Positions 26,079 to 35,827 of a DNA stretch of 58,096 nt are shown here, piece after piece. Source of the stretch: a virus (taxonomy: Duplodnaviria > Caudoviricetes); the IMG/VR virus record IMGVR_UViG_3300032731_001278, positions 1 to 58,096 of that record. One strand, written 5' to 3'. Both the position numbers and the translations under genes were made by a program. The notes below the pieces were generated by a model, which made no database searches, had not been told where the DNA came from, and was given only the letters and a program-made list of their open reading frames with translations. How positions within the stretch are numbered: the first letter of the stretch is position 1; each line of letters begins with the position of its first letter.

Positions 26079-27203
26079 TCACCGCCGCAGCTTCTTTTTC
26101 AAATCATCTTCGGTTGGGGCGTGCCGAAGCTCGTAATAGTTTGATTTTGTTCGTAAAATTTGACGCGCCGCTTCGTTACTTCCGAGTTCATCGGGGTCGA
26201 TTCCTGCTGGTCCAACCACGTTCCAAGCCTGAACCGACCGGGTTGTCAGTCGCCGACAAGCTTTTTTGGCGTTGATTTGGCCGGCGTTGATTTTCTTCTT
26301 GACGTCGTTGTCAAACCAAACAAAAACCTTCCTGAAGTGTTCGACCAAAAGTGAAGTTTGCGCGGGCGACAACCGAGCTTGTCCAGCCATGATGGTTGGG
26401 ACGCCCCAGTAGTCCAGCGCCGCCATATCCCAAAAGCCTTCGACCACCACGACGTAATCTCCACTTATATTGTGGATGTTGTGAACGTGGAAGGGCGTCG
26501 GCGATTTTGCCGGGAAGAGCTTCTTCTTGTTTTGCGGCGGCGGTAGGTGTTCAACCAACGACATGTCGACCGCTTGCGCTTGGTAGTAGACCTGTTTCCC
26601 AGCTTTATCCCAGATCGGAACGATGAGCCGGTTGGCGTAGTAGCCGCTGTCAGCGAACTTCAGTCCCCACTTGTTGATGATACGTACGATCTCATCGCGG
26701 TTGTACCCCATCTTCATTCGAGTGGGATCCGTCATGACGTATTTGATGATCGGTTCGATGTCGTCGCACGTACGTGGCAAAGGAATGCGGGGTATTGAAT
26801 CAACCGTTCGAACTTTCTTTTCCTTCAGGCGGTTAAGTAGTTCGTCAATATCTGGCGCGGGAACTCGGTAAAGCTTGAACCACCGAACGAGCAAATCTTT
26901 GGCGGACTCTCGATTGATCTCCTTCAGTTCCGCGACAAAATCAAACAGGTCGCCCGCGCTACCGTGGAAGCAATTCCACCGGCCGATTTTCTGGGGGTCG
27001 CCTTGATTCTGAATAGCAAACGAAGGACTACGATCGGGCGGGTGGAACGGACACGCCGTAACGTAACCGGCGCTCTTGCGCCACGTCAGTACTTCGACTT
27101 CGAGCCGCTCAAGGAGCCTGTCGATCGGTACGTTTCGAACGATGTCAAGCTCTTCCGGCGTGTACTTCCGGTTGGAGCTTTTGATGGAAACGACACGCGC
27201 CAT
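26079..27203 (-). CDS. dnaG: DnaG-type DNA primase
   Basis: CPFH..PSF..WNCF zinc finger; RLIVPIWD; TOPRIM VVEGFWD, WFDND, DPDE. Confidence 0.9.
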   Translation of the reverse strand: MARVVSIKSSNRKYTPEELDIVRNVPIDRLLERLEVEVLTWRKSAGYVTACPFHPPDRSPSFAIQNQGDPQKIGRWNCFHGSAGDLFDFVAELKEINRESAKDLLVRWFKLYRVPAPDIDELLNRLKEKKVRTVDSIPRIPLPRTCDDIEPIIKYVMTDPTRMKMGYNRDEIVRIINKWGLKFADSGYYANRLIVPIWDKAGKQVYYQAQAVDMSLVEHLPPPQNKKKLFPAKSPTPFHVHNIHNISGDYVVVVEGFWDMAALDYWGVPTIMAGQARLSPAQTSLLVEHFRKVFVWFDNDVKKKINAGQINAKKACRRLTTRSVQAWNVVGPAGIDPDELGSNEAARQILRTKSNYYELRHAPTEDDLKKKLRR

Positions 27204-27204
27204 T

Positions 27205-27861
27205 TTAATCCGCCAACCCGTCGAGTTGCTGCTGCAAAGTTTGGGGCTTGTCGGAATTTTCGAATTCAGGCGCGTTTTCAGTGGTAAACGTTTCCATCGC
27301 AAGCTTGTCGCGAAGGATTCGATCGCCCAAAAATGGCTTGTTCCTGACCGCCCAGATCAGATATTTGCGGTACCGAATATTCGGATTGACACTGGAACGA
27401 TCGTACCGGCGTAACTTCTGAACGCCATCTTGCATGAGGCGACGGCCCAGCATCGCCCGTGAAAGATTCATGATCTCGCCGCGTTCTTCCATCAGGTCTA
27501 CGAAGAATGAAACGAAGTGTTTTGCGCCCCACTTACGAACCGGCGCGTCTTCGTAGTTTGGTTGGTCGATTTTAACGATTCGTTTGGGTTTTTTGGGCTC
27601 AACTTTTGGCTCCGTAAGAACGCCCGCTACCCTTGGGACGCCCGGTTTAGAGAACAGCCAACCGCGGTCCGTAGCCTCGAGCACCTGTTCGGAGACCCGT
27701 TCTTCCGAAAGGTTGCGTAGCGTCGCGAGTTGCTTGTACGTAATCTTGATTTGATCGTCGTCGGTACCGTTGAGCACGGCTGCGATCAGCGTGAGCTTCG
27801 CGCCGTCCGAAATCAAAGGATCTCGAACGAGCTTGTCAAGCCAAGAGCGGTTAAAAATCAA
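27205..27861 (-). CDS. Winged-HTH DNA-binding/initiator-like protein with C-terminal TLQQQLDGLAD
   Basis: DP.ISDGAKL..TYKQLA....SEERV..V.E....GWL, an HTH_36-like pattern; directly upstream of the primase. Confidence 0.65.
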   Translation of the reverse strand: MIFNRSWLDKLVRDPLISDGAKLTLIAAVLNGTDDDQIKITYKQLATLRNLSEERVSEQVLEATDRGWLFSKPGVPRVAGVLTEPKVEPKKPKRIVKIDQPNYEDAPVRKWGAKHFVSFFVDLMEERGEIMNLSRAMLGRRLMQDGVQKLRRYDRSSVNPNIRYRKYLIWAVRNKPFLGDRILRDKLAMETFTTENAPEFENSDKPQTLQQQLDGLAD

Positions 27862-28379
27862 GGTTTCGAAAACACGAACGGGTGGGAAACTACTTGCTGA
27901 AGAAGCCGCGTCTTTGTCGTTGCAATGAAAACTCGTCCCTGATCCACGCAGCTCGACGCCACCACGCAGAGCGTAGCGTTGACGGACCTGCTCTTTTTCA
28001 GCAATATACTACCGCCGAACTGCCCCGATTCATTCGTGAGCGCGACGATCTTAGGTCCCTTTTGCTGGATGATCTCACCGATAATAGCCGTCTTATCGAA
28101 GGTAGCACGTTCCGATACGGGATAGACGTTCTCGTCGTTTAGGTCGTGGATGGTGAGGTTGATCAAGTACCGGCCAGGCAGATCGCCGGAGCCGAACGGA
28201 CACTGCGCCTTGAACAGAAAATCGATCGTCGGCTTGGCGTCGTCTACCGAAATAACGCCGTCGAAAAACCCGCGATTGACCGCGTTGAGTAGGTTGATGA
28301 GCGAAGGGTTTTTACCAGCCCCGACGTTGGCGCCGCCGTTGAAATAACTCTTCGGGAAATCGTTAGGCTGTCTACTCAT
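27858..28379 (-). CDS. Hypothetical protein
   Basis: 173-aa ORF overlapping both neighbours. Confidence 0.6.
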   Translation of the reverse strand: MSRQPNDFPKSYFNGGANVGAGKNPSLINLLNAVNRGFFDGVISVDDAKPTIDFLFKAQCPFGSGDLPGRYLINLTIHDLNDENVYPVSERATFDKTAIIGEIIQQKGPKIVALTNESGQFGGSILLKKSRSVNATLCVVASSCVDQGRVFIATTKTRLLQQVVSHPFVFSKP

Positions 28380-28794
28380 CGGTAGCTACTTCTTTCTTCG
28401 TATCGCCGAAGATAATCGGGAAATCAGACGCGTTGAAACCCATCTGCTGGCACTGCTGCTTCATGATGTCGCTATTGACGCCCATTCCCTTGAGCTGATT
28501 CAACCGATGAAGCGCGTCGCTACGTTTCATAGCCCGTAAATTATCGGCGAGTTCTTCGTCGGTGACGCCGAGTTTCGTACAGAGCACGTACTTCACGAGC
28601 GCTAGGGCTTGCCCTTGCTCAGCCAAGCGCATGTTGGTTGTTCGCAACTCATCATTGACCTTCTTGAGATCGGTCATTGTTGCATGACGATTTTTCGCGG
28701 CGGCTTCGGCGGCGCGCTGGTCTTGCTTTTGTTTGTCGATCTTTTTACCGGCTCGCTTCATCAGCGTCTTGGAACTTTTACTAGACACGATCAA
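28372..28794 (-). CDS. Hypothetical coiled-coil protein
   Basis: 140-aa ORF; AGGAG upstream. Confidence 0.6.
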   Translation of the reverse strand: MIVSSKSSKTLMKRAGKKIDKQKQDQRAAEAAAKNRHATMTDLKKVNDELRTTNMRLAEQGQALALVKYVLCTKLGVTDEELADNLRAMKRSDALHRLNQLKGMGVNSDIMKQQCQQMGFNASDFPIIFGDTKKEVATDE

Positions 28795-28797
28795 CTC

Positions 28798-29376
28798 CTA
28801 CAGCTTTGCGAATTTGACTGCCATCTGAATTTCGGTTGCGTTTTTACAAGCTTCCCACACAGCGCACGCGTCGGCAGCTTCGTCGAGAAGATACTTCGGA
28901 AAGCGACTCCAATGCAGATGCGGGTGTAGCTCCATCATAGCGGTCCACACCTGCTCCTTGGAGGCGTTCTTTCGCCCCGTAGCCGCTTTCTTGCACGCTT
29001 GCGGACTCGAGGTCAAGAAGGGGACTCCTTTCGCCAAAGCAAAGTCGCCAGCTTGAGCTTTGGCGTAGGACATGACCTTGACGGCGGAAGCGCTTTGGCC
29101 GCCAGCGCCCGTTTCGGCGCACACGGCAACCAGCGTTCCGATCTGTTGGTACACCGCGTCCCACCAACGCCAGATCCCGGCGCCGCGTTGGAAATCATCG
29201 TCCGCCACGAGAATCTTTTTCTTCTTGGCTTGTTTTTCCATTTTCAAGGCGTCGACGTAGACGATTTTCGGTTCCGCTCCATCGAGCGATACAACGGCTA
29301 GACCAGCTTCGAAGCCGGGGTCGATACACATGACGCCAAGACGGCAGATCTGCTCGGGTGGAATCCAAGGTTTCAT
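28798..29376 (-). CDS. ruvC: RuvC-like Holliday junction resolvase
   Basis: CIDPG, CAE, P...KKAATG.KNASKEQV, DEAADA motifs. Confidence 0.85.
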   Translation of the reverse strand: MKPWIPPEQICRLGVMCIDPGFEAGLAVVSLDGAEPKIVYVDALKMEKQAKKKKILVADDDFQRGAGIWRWWDAVYQQIGTLVAVCAETGAGGQSASAVKVMSYAKAQAGDFALAKGVPFLTSSPQACKKAATGRKNASKEQVWTAMMELHPHLHWSRFPKYLLDEAADACAVWEACKNATEIQMAVKFAKL

Positions 29377-29409
29377 GGAGTGTTCCTTCGTGGATATTGT
29401 AGCGTTCGT

Positions 29410-29868
29410 TCAGACGTCGCCGACGTTGAATGTCTCATCATCGCGTTCGGCGAGATCTAGCGACGCGTCGCCCTTCGGCGCTTGGTGTTTTCGATGTGAT
29501 GCTTTTGCCTTGTAAACCTTGCGTCGCAACCTTGGCTTTTGAGCAAAGCGTGGGTTGTAGTACAAACCTTTTCTATTGCAGAACAACCACTCTTCCATGC
29601 ATTCAGCCGCTGTCAAGCCGTGTTTGGGGATGAACCCAAGCGCGCTGGGCCAAAACTCTTGTGGAATCTTTTGCCGACGTAATCGTAGGTACTTCTTCCA
29701 TCGAATCGCAGGGAGTAGGTATCCTGATTTAAGTCTTTCTTGACGATAGGATTGGATACCTAAAGCGCCGCGTACACCTGCAATATGAGCTATCGGAACG
29801 TCGAGTTCTTTAGCGAGCGTCTTGTCGTACTTAGACCCTAGAAGCTCGAACCAATAGGGAACCTTCAT
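29410..29868 (-). CDS. Hypothetical basic protein (possible HTH)
   Basis: LLG..D..LAKEL....I..VR..LGI pattern; start at MKVPYW. Confidence 0.55.
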   Translation of the reverse strand: MKVPYWFELLGSKYDKTLAKELDVPIAHIAGVRGALGIQSYRQERLKSGYLLPAIRWKKYLRLRRQKIPQEFWPSALGFIPKHGLTAAECMEEWLFCNRKGLYYNPRFAQKPRLRRKVYKAKASHRKHQAPKGDASLDLAERDDETFNVGDV

Positions 29869-29911
29869 TGTAACTTTTTTTAACAAATCTTTGACGTAGA
29901 CCCCTAATTTT

Positions 29912-31147
29912 TTAAATTAGAGATGAAACGTCCTTCCTTTCTTCGATCAGAGTTGTGGTTCTAGCAGCTAATCTACAACAATCTTTCTTGATATTCACAG
30001 AAGCGTGGATAACGTTCCCGTCTAGATCTGAAATCATGAAGTACCCGCTTGATCTCTTCCCCTTCACGAATCCAATTCCTTTAGCCGTACTTATCAAGTC
30101 GAACTTTCGTATACCAAAAAGTTTGCCGGTAGGGATTCGAAGATGAGATCGTTTACCCTTGGTCTGCTGATAGTCGCCAGCTGCTACGTGTTTTTTGAAG
30201 TAGGTATTTCGTCTAGGTGTAACCAATTCACCTTCTGCGCAGCAAATGGCTACGGCATCATTCACGTGGGACTTGGGAAGTTCAAGAACTTGCTCCCGCT
30301 TCCACTTCGTCATGTAGCCAAAAGTCTCTTCGAATTCCCAATCACCCTTCCTGAGTTGCGATTTGATAATTCCAATCTCAGTTGCATGCTTAGTTTTCGA
30401 CCGTCTACCTTTAAGTTCGAATACACCATCGTGGAGTTCACTGTGACATTCCGAACATAACGTTATCAAATTCTTTGGTTCGTTGGTTCCGCCTTTGGAC
30501 TTCCAGATGATGTGGTGAACGTGCAACTTACGATCACCTGACTTACAACCACGTCGTTGACATTTATAACCATCACGGTGAAGAACGTAAGCTTTTACGT
30601 TGTAATAGCCCTTTTGGTTTCCGTCTTGGTAACTTACACCGTTTACTTCTGGATTCACGATCTTGTGAATGTCGAAGCTTGCGAGTTCGAGTATCCATTT
30701 CGAAACAGGTAAGATCGATTCGACGAAGCGTTGTTCTCGACGGTGCGATTCGATTTTACTTCGGATGGAAGGTGCTAGCCTACCCTCTTTCCTCATCGAA
30801 GCGCGATTTAACCATCTAGCTGGACGGTACCGGCACTTCCTACTACGACGAGTTCGGCGATACATAGATTTTTGCACCATCTTCTTACTTACGTCGGTCC
30901 GTAGCTGAACTTCGGACTGGTAAACCACTTGCCCGTTAGTGACGACGGCGCATCCAACCGTCTTAGATCCGGCATCCATTCCAGCGGTTACCGGTTGCTT
31001 GTAACCGCTGGATCCGTACATCAGCTGGATAGTGAAAGGTGTTCTACTAACTACTCTAGCTTTCCCTTCAGTGAGTAACTTTCTCGCTTTTTGAGGTTTG
31101 CATGGCATCAACGGCTTACCGTTATGGTTGCGTACGTAAGCTAACAT
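29912..31147 (-). CDS. iscB: RNA-guided endonuclease IscB
   Basis: PLMP, RuvC-I GMDAG, Arg-rich helix RRTRR, RuvC-II E, HNH (HVHHI..GGTN..NLITLC..CH), RuvC-III HVNDA. Confidence 0.95.
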   Translation of the reverse strand: MLAYVRNHNGKPLMPCKPQKARKLLTEGKARVVSRTPFTIQLMYGSSGYKQPVTAGMDAGSKTVGCAVVTNGQVVYQSEVQLRTDVSKKMVQKSMYRRTRRSRKCRYRPARWLNRASMRKEGRLAPSIRSKIESHRREQRFVESILPVSKWILELASFDIHKIVNPEVNGVSYQDGNQKGYYNVKAYVLHRDGYKCQRRGCKSGDRKLHVHHIIWKSKGGTNEPKNLITLCSECHSELHDGVFELKGRRSKTKHATEIGIIKSQLRKGDWEFEETFGYMTKWKREQVLELPKSHVNDAVAICCAEGELVTPRRNTYFKKHVAAGDYQQTKGKRSHLRIPTGKLFGIRKFDLISTAKGIGFVKGKRSSGYFMISDLDGNVIHASVNIKKDCCRLAARTTTLIEERKDVSSLI

Positions 31148-31424
31148 TTAGCTTACCTCCGCCGAGTTGTGCGTATCACTAAGACTGGAGAACTTAGCGA
31201 ATCCGACTTCCCCTCGCAGAGATAAAACAGCTTTGTGCAAGAGGTTGTCCGCGTCTTTACCTACCGACGCGTCTGCTTCCCCTCGATAGAGCTTAGGACT
31301 GGGACGGCATCCTAAGGTATCTGTATCTGTTCTATCGGCTACCAAAATTTTTTCATCTCCTTTTGGTCTGCTGGTAAACCTAAGCCTTTGACGGCTTCAT
31401 CCACGAATGGATGGGGTGGCTTAC
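31148..31424 (-). ncRNA. omegaRNA (HEARO-type) scaffold
   Basis: GTAAGCCACCCC...GGTTTACCAG terminal stem, CCTTAGGATGCCGTCCCAGTCCTAAGCTCT and GCGAGGGGA elements typical of IscB omegaRNAs; about 277 nt upstream of iscB. Confidence 0.85.
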
Positions 31425-32149
31425 CCAAGAACCTCCAAATCCCCAACTAGCACAACTTCTTCTTCGAACTCGTCGCCATGTTCAAACTCTACCACAACCG
31501 CGTTCCCGTCAACCTCACGTACGACCCAACCCGGTTCGCCGAAAACATGAACGATAGCGCCCGGGAAAGGTTTTTCAAACGCTTTAGAGATCAGCGGCAT
31601 ACTCAGATCGTCTCTAGCTCTGTACGATAACAACTTGTTGTATTTAGTTATCACGCCTAATGATTTTAACCGTACCTGTACGCGCACGCATTTGTTTTGG
31701 TAAAGACGTATCTCATCGGTGCTAAACAACGGTTCTGGACTATGCGAACTGTAGAAATCACTATCCCACAAAGAACGACAAAGCCGAAGCGCGGGTGCTT
31801 GAATGTTTCTGTGTACGCTAATCCCTTTTCGCGGCCACGCGTCTATCTTGAGTGCGGCCCAGGGATCAAACCGCAACTGTTCACCCTTCACGCGCCACCT
31901 TGCGCCGCGTGTGATTGAATGATTGAGCACCGCCGGATCGAATACGTTGACGAGCAACATGCGCCATTGATGATAGGACGTTACCTCGATGGGAAACAGC
32001 TCGATGGCATAGCATCGAATAATCGCGCGGTAGATATTCGCCGGAATCTCGCGAACGTCGATATCATTAACGCGAAAAACATCCTCTGACCAGTAGTCCA
32101 CGAGCGGTAGCTCGGGGCCTGGCATGGTAGCTGTGCACGGTCCGATCAA
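31421..32149 (-). CDS. Hypothetical protein; its stop codon lies in the omegaRNA 5' end
   Basis: 242-aa ORF ending LEVLG-TAA, with a beta-barrel-like C-terminus. Confidence 0.6.
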   Translation of the reverse strand: MIGPCTATMPGPELPLVDYWSEDVFRVNDIDVREIPANIYRAIIRCYAIELFPIEVTSYHQWRMLLVNVFDPAVLNHSITRGARWRVKGEQLRFDPWAALKIDAWPRKGISVHRNIQAPALRLCRSLWDSDFYSSHSPEPLFSTDEIRLYQNKCVRVQVRLKSLGVITKYNKLLSYRARDDLSMPLISKAFEKPFPGAIVHVFGEPGWVVREVDGNAVVVEFEHGDEFEEEVVLVGDLEVLG

Positions 32150-32511
32150 ACCTGCGTGACCTTAAATTGGATGGGTCCAGGTTCACGCTTAAGCAAGCTT
32201 TTGTACGGTTGTTTGGTTCGTTTTGCGTACTGAATAAGCACCTTTTCCCAGCGAGCTTTTACGTCAAACGAATCGGTGTCTGAAACCATCTCTTCGATAA
32301 TCGCTTGAACCCCGAAAAGATCGGCGTACGAAATCCCGAGCGCTTGGCAATACCGCTGAAGGTGACGTTGGTGTGGGATGCTACCGCGCTTCTCAACGCG
32401 ATACCACTGCGCCGCGGGAATCATCGTGTCGTTTCTTGTTGGCGGAACGCGTTGGCGAATTGGGTCTATCGTCATCCCGCTCGCCTTCCGCCAGACGTAA
32501 AGTGCTTCCAT
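32146..32511 (-). CDS. XRE-like HTH transcriptional regulator
   Basis: L..WRK..GMT..WYRVEK.G.IP...LQRYCQALGISYADLF; divergent from the SNF2 gene. Confidence 0.6.
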   Translation of the reverse strand: MEALYVWRKASGMTIDPIRQRVPPTRNDTMIPAAQWYRVEKRGSIPHQRHLQRYCQALGISYADLFGVQAIIEEMVSDTDSFDVKARWEKVLIQYAKRTKQPYKSLLKREPGPIQFKVTQV

Positions 32512-32575
32512 ATCTTCGGCCTCCTGGAGGTACTACCTTAGCAGAACAGTATCGCCATGTCATACCCTTTCTTGC

Positions 32576-32604
32576 TTGACATAGGTATCTCTTAGAGATA
32601 TGTT
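32576..32604 (+). promoter_or_regulatory. Sigma70-type promoter of the SNF2 gene
   Basis: TTGACA-17nt-TATGTT. Confidence 0.65.
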
Positions 32605-32631
32605 GGTATCGCACTTAAGGAGACGACGTAG

Positions 32632-34599
32632 ATGATTTTTTTGGACATTGGCCCGAAGGCGCGACACGGATGCTTCAGCGTCTACTTCCGCAACGATGCG
32701 GCTTGGGCCGCCAAGGAAACCGTGCGCGAGATGGCTTCTAGTCGATACGTTCGCCGGCAGGGCGAAGATAACCACCACGAAATCTCGTTTCCTGATTACG
32801 CCCTGTTGATGCGCGCTCTTCGCGCTAACGGTTTCGAGGATCAGGTTCGTTGTAGCTCGACATTCAGCAAGAGCCTTGCTCGGTACAACGAGTGGATCAA
32901 GTACCTCATGTGGTTGCGTGCCCAAACAGAAACCGACTTTGACGTTCCCGGGCTTACGATGCCGATGCGAATGCACCAGCGAACCGGTGCGGATTTCTTG
33001 ATCAAGCGGCGATACGCTGTCGCCGCCGACGAGATGGGTGTTGGGAAGAGTCTCGAAGCCGCCGCTGCTGGGTGGTATCTTATCCAGCAAGGTTTAGCTA
33101 GCCGTGTTCTGATCGTTTGCCCGGCGTCGGTTAAATTACAATGGGCTATCGACACGCTCGAGAAGTTCATCCCGGAAGCCACGTACACCGTTGTGGGTTC
33201 CGACCAGACGATCAAGCAAGAGGTGGTTTGCCCCAAGGGCGGCCAGAACATCATCGCCAAAGTGGGGAAGAAGCAAGTTGAACGACGAATTCTGAAAGAT
33301 CACAAGTTCAACCCGCGAAAGAATCCTTGCCGCGGTTGCACGCACGCTTCTGGTTGCAAGGAACAGCGCGGCGATAACAAGTCCGGCGCCGAAATTCGAG
33401 CCGCGCAGTATGCACGGCCGACCGATTTCACCATCGTCAACTACGAACTGATTCGGATCGACAATCTTGGTGACCGCAAGAAAAACAAACGTGGTTACCT
33501 CATCGGCGGCCGGCACCCTTCCGTCATCGACCGCGTTGAAGCCAAGTGGGACATTATCATCGCCGACGAAGCGCACCGCCTTCGTAACGCGCGTACGGAA
33601 ACCTTCGAAGGAATGTGGAAGCTGGCAAAGGGTGCGTATTGTCGCTGGGCGTTGACTGGTACACCCATCCAGACTCGACTCGAAGACGCTTGGGGAATCA
33701 TGCGGTTCATCAACCCCGCGGTCTTCGGGACGCATCGCAGTAGCTTCGTAGACCGGTATGCTGAGAAGGATTACTGGAACAAAATCGTCCGGTACGTTCG
33801 CGTAGACGAGGCGCACCAGAAGTTGCTGCCTAACATGATCCGACGACGCAAGAAGGACGTGCTGAAGGACCTTCCGCCAGTCATCGAGGCGCAGCGATAC
33901 GTTACACTCACGGCGAAAGAAGCGAAGCTGTACTCAGCCGTTAAGAATCAGCAGGTAACCAGCGCGCTGGTCGCCGACGAAGAGATGCGAAATCACCTCA
34001 ACGAGTGCGAAGAGATCGTGGTGTCGACCCGCTGTCGGCAAGTGGCGTTATCAGGCAATCTTCTCGCCGATGAATTCAAATTCGAAAGCTCGGCGAAGGT
34101 CAAAGAAATCAAGGCTCTGTTGAAGGACCACTCGCAAGATCATAAGATCATCATCTTCAGCGAATCGCGCGAGTTCTTGAAGCGCCTCAGTAAGGCGATG
34201 GAGAGCTGGGGCGACAACCACGTCTACCTACACGGCGGCGTGGCGGCTGGGAAGGCTAGACAGGCGCTCCAGGACAAGTTCTGGAAGGATGATGCGTGTC
34301 GTTGCTTCCTGACGACGACGGCCGGCGGTGAAGGGCTCAACCTTCAGGTGGCCGATATCATCGTGTTGTGTAACTTGTGTTGGAATCCGATGCTGGTTGA
34401 ACAGGTCAAGGGTCGAGCGCATAGGATGGGACAGGTAAATCCGGTCAACGTGATCACGTTGCTGACCAAGGATACAGTTGAAGAGAAAGTGTTTAGGGAC
34501 GCAAGGTACCGGCGCGCTATTGCGGGCCAGGCTATCGACGGGTCTTCGGATCAGGGTCAGCCGCCGATTCCGCTGGCTGAGCTGTTGACGATGCTGTAA
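32632..34599 (+). CDS. SNF2-family helicase/translocase
   Basis: ADEMGVGKS, VCPAS, DEAH, LTGTPIQ, RRRKKDV, AGGEGLNLQ, WNP..Q..GRAHRMGQ. Confidence 0.93.
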   Translation: MIFLDIGPKARHGCFSVYFRNDAAWAAKETVREMASSRYVRRQGEDNHHEISFPDYALLMRALRANGFEDQVRCSSTFSKSLARYNEWIKYLMWLRAQTETDFDVPGLTMPMRMHQRTGADFLIKRRYAVAADEMGVGKSLEAAAAGWYLIQQGLASRVLIVCPASVKLQWAIDTLEKFIPEATYTVVGSDQTIKQEVVCPKGGQNIIAKVGKKQVERRILKDHKFNPRKNPCRGCTHASGCKEQRGDNKSGAEIRAAQYARPTDFTIVNYELIRIDNLGDRKKNKRGYLIGGRHPSVIDRVEAKWDIIIADEAHRLRNARTETFEGMWKLAKGAYCRWALTGTPIQTRLEDAWGIMRFINPAVFGTHRSSFVDRYAEKDYWNKIVRYVRVDEAHQKLLPNMIRRRKKDVLKDLPPVIEAQRYVTLTAKEAKLYSAVKNQQVTSALVADEEMRNHLNECEEIVVSTRCRQVALSGNLLADEFKFESSAKVKEIKALLKDHSQDHKIIIFSESREFLKRLSKAMESWGDNHVYLHGGVAAGKARQALQDKFWKDDACRCFLTTTAGGEGLNLQVADIIVLCNLCWNPMLVEQVKGRAHRMGQVNPVNVITLLTKDTVEEKVFRDARYRRAIAGQAIDGSSDQGQPPIPLAELLTML

Positions 34600-34670
34600 T
34601 CATCGGTTCGCCCTAATATCGTTTACGCTACACCACATTGGTGTATACTCCTTCTGTAAGGAGTTACGCC

Positions 34671-35171
34671 ATGAAACGCACAAACTACATCCTTTCGGAA
34701 GATCAGCACGAAGCTCTCCAAAAAGAAGCGGAGGGTCGAGGGGTTTCTGTATCTGAAGCGTTACGTAGAATCGTAGATGAGTGGAAATCCGCAAAGTTGG
34801 CTTTAGTTGGTATGGAGTTGATTTCAGTCGAACGAATTGACGTCGAGGAAGATAACGGCGAGTACGCTTGTACCGTACCGGCCCGGGTTGTTAGTCGCGA
34901 AGGATGTAAGGGTCGCGTAATCGAAAAAATTCCCGGCATTCGTTTCAAGGGTTCGTTTCATGGATTCCATCTCGTTTTTGGCGATTTGTTTAAACGGATC
35001 TGCGTGTTGACTCGAGAAGAAGAGGTTTTGGAAATCGATTTGGATAGTGGCGACGCGCCACCGTTGAGTAAAACTTGGGATAAAGAAGAGTTCTTTACTC
35101 CTGAAGACATCCGTGCCGCGCTAATAAAAAAGCAACCTTGGGAGTCACTCAAAGACAAGAAGTTCTGGTAG
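34671..35171 (+). CDS. CopG/ribbon-helix-helix domain protein
   Basis: MKRTNYILSEDQHEALQKEA..RGVSVSEALRRIVD. Confidence 0.75.
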   Translation: MKRTNYILSEDQHEALQKEAEGRGVSVSEALRRIVDEWKSAKLALVGMELISVERIDVEEDNGEYACTVPARVVSREGCKGRVIEKIPGIRFKGSFHGFHLVFGDLFKRICVLTREEEVLEIDLDSGDAPPLSKTWDKEEFFTPEDIRAALIKKQPWESLKDKKFW

Positions 35172-35188
35172 GAATTTGAGTTCAGGCG

Positions 35189-35407
35189 TCACGTTCGAAC
35201 GCCACTGAATTCACTTAAAAATTCATAACTTCGTTGAGCTTCTTTTAATCTACGTTCGTAGGAACTTGCGACGTGAGACATGAGAAGGATCAAATCTTCC
35301 TTGTCGAACTGATCGATGGGTATGCCTAGATAACTCGCGACGCTTGTCTGCGGATCGTGATTCTCACGTAGAATTTGTTGGACTGTTTTTAGGTTGGACT
35401 CAGTCAT
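35189..35407 (-). CDS. Hypothetical protein
   Basis: MTESNL start with ATGA overlap. Confidence 0.5.
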   Translation of the reverse strand: MTESNLKTVQQILRENHDPQTSVASYLGIPIDQFDKEDLILLMSHVASSYERRLKEAQRSYEFLSEFSGVRT

Positions 35408-35595
35408 GGTCGACAGTCTCGGATCGCGTCGTTTCTTTTTATTGATTTCATGGCGTCCTCTTCGTCGATGATGTCTAAGACTAACCGCGCGCACTCTTCG
35501 CAGATATAAGCGGTTGGACCAGCAACGAGGTAACGTACATCCTTTTTGTTTTTACCGCAGAATGAGCAACTAAGATTTTCGGTTCGATCGTTCAT
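35404..35595 (-). CDS. Stand-alone ClpX-type C4 zinc-binding domain protein
   Basis: [27 protein letters not shown]. Confidence 0.85.
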   Translation of the reverse strand: MNDRTENLSCSFCGKNKKDVRYLVAGPTAYICEECARLVLDIIDEEDAMKSIKRNDAIRDCRP

Positions 35596-35785
35596 CTTCT
35601 CTTCGCCACCGCTCATAATTTATCCATTCGACATACAACGATCCGCACTTCTTACACGTAACTGGTTTAGGTGGTTGCTTCCATGTTAAACCGCACTGGC
35701 AACACCGATACTTAGCTAGGTTCTTGTAACTCACTTCATCGTCAACCACATCACGAAAGCGCCAAGTACAAACCCGAAAGCCCAA
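35570..35785 (-). CDS. Small zinc-ribbon protein (start uncertain)
   Basis: [14 protein letters not shown]. Confidence 0.5.
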   Translation of the reverse strand: MGFRVCTWRFRDVVDDEVSYKNLAKYRCCQCGLTWKQPPKPVTCKKCGSLYVEWINYERWRREDERSNRKS

Positions 35786-35827
35786 CTAAACACAAAGTCT
35801 AGAATCTTTGTTACAACTCTCTCAAGC

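Larger units (their letters stand above)
29884..31424 (-). mobile_element. Non-autonomous IS200/IS605-superfamily IscB (OMEGA) element
   Basis: omegaRNA + iscB + terminal hairpin (29893-29932); AT-richer than its flanks; no tnpA; boundaries are inferred. Confidence 0.8.

Noticed and set aside
30118-30126. Half-site AAAGTTTGC inside iscB
   Set aside because: No second arm.
29912-31147. Cas9 or a simple HNH homing endonuclease
   Set aside because: 411 aa with a PLMP domain, no REC lobe, and an upstream omegaRNA identify IscB.
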